From: Squalus acanthias
Lineage: Eukaryota
Reading direction: 5' to 3'
Assembly: GCA_030390025.1 (NCBI GenBank)
Contig: CM059431.1
Span: 135,906,001 to 135,970,000, forward strand
Length of the DNA stretch: 64,000 nucleotides
The notes under the pieces are model-generated. The model saw only the letters and a list, made by a program, of their open reading frames with translations. It searched no databases and was not told where the DNA came from. Position 1 is the stretch's first letter. Every line of letters starts with the position of its first letter. Positions 62,801-64,000 of the stretch are shown here, piece by piece. Position numbers and translations under genes: made by a program.

Positions 62801-64000
62801 ATGTATTGAGAAAGGATTAATTAGCAATCTTGTTGTGCGAGGCCCCTTGGGGAGGAGCGATCATAATATGATAGAATTCTTCATTAAGATGGAGAGTGAA
62901 GTAGTTGACTCAGAGACTAGGGTCCTGAATTTAAATAAAGGAAACTACGATGGTATGAGGCGCGAGTTGGCTAGGATGGATTGGGGAACGTTACTTAAAG
63001 GGTTGATGGTGGATAGGCAAAGGCAAACATTTAATGATCGCATGGATGAACTACAGAATTTGTTCATCCCTGTTTGGCATAAAAATAAAACAAAAAAGGA
63101 GACTCAACCGTGGCTAACAAGGGAAATTAAGGATAGCATAAGATCCAAGGAGAAGGCATATAAATTGGCCAGAAAAAGCAGCAAACCTGAGGCTTGGGAG
63201 CAGTTTAGGATTCAGCAAAGGAAGACAAAGGGATTAATTAAGAGTGGGAAAATAGAGTATGAGAGTAAGCTTTCAGGGAACATAAAAACTGACTGTAAAA
63301 GCTTCTATAGATATGTGAAGAGAAAAAGATTGGTGAAGTCAAGCGTAGGTCCCTTGCAGTCAGAATCAGGGGAATTTATAATGGGGAACAAAGAAATGGC
63401 AGACCAATAAAATACATATTTTGGTTCTGTCTTCACAAAGGAGGACACAAGTAACCTCCCAGAAATGTCAGGGAAAATAGGGTCTAATGAGAGGGAGGAA
63501 CTGAATGAAATCAGTATTTGAAGGGTAATGGTGTTAGGGAAATTGATGGGATTGAAGGCCGATAAATCCCCAGGGCCTGATAATCTACATCCTAGGGTAC
63601 TTAAGGAAGTGGCCCTAGAAATAGTAGATGCATTGCTGGTTATCTTCCAAAATTCTACAGTCTCTGGAACAGTTCCCATGGATTGAAGGGTAGTTAATGA
63701 AACCCCACTATTTTAAAAAGGTGGTCGAGAGAAAACGGGGAATTATAGACCGGTAAGCCTGACATCGGTACTGGGTAAAATGCTAGAGTCCATTATAAAA
63801 GATGTAATAGCAGAGCACTTGGAAAACAGTGACAAGATCGGAGAAAGTCAACATGGATTTACAAAAGGTAAATCATGCCTGACTAATCTACTGGAATTTT
63901 TGGAGGATGTAACTGGCAGAATAGCTAAGGGAGAACCAGTGGTATATTTGGACTTTCAGAAGGACTTCGATAAGGTCCCGCATAAGAGATTAGCATGCAA
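59865..64000 (+). mobile_element. CR1 (ORF1 and ORF2, disrupted), runs off the window end
   Basis: ORFs 59894, 60229, 62257 and 62727. Confidence 0.93.
61031..62255 (+). mobile_element. Non-autonomous Harbinger A derivative with a doubled left end (second left TIR at 61363)
   Basis: TTT TSD; first 332 bp repeated with some divergence. Confidence 0.93.

Overview
Eukaryotic, almost entirely transposon-derived DNA. CR1 LINEs with (TTCTATGT)n-type tails and tRNA-headed repeats suggest a vertebrate, probably a cartilaginous fish (inference). No intact host gene is present; the only host-derived coding remnant is a short processed HNRNPDL-like fragment. The window is a nested mosaic of three components. 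(i) Many CR1 copies, one of them full length. (ii) At least three families of two-gene PIF/Harbinger DNA transposons, each with a DDE transposase converging on a 3-exon Myb/SANT-like gene, plus their non-autonomous derivatives. (iii) A 34-bp G-rich minisatellite. Main observations: two separate CR1 positions are each occupied twice by different Harbinger-type elements at the same nucleotide, and an empty-site CR1 copy lies in the window; a ~760-bp non-coding element family keeps several hairpins through compensatory changes and carries conserved GTAAGT splice donors; one Harbinger copy is intact except for a C12 homopolymer frameshift; and a 13-kb Harbinger holds several layers of nested insertions. 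All alignments were done by eye, so LINE boundaries are approximate.
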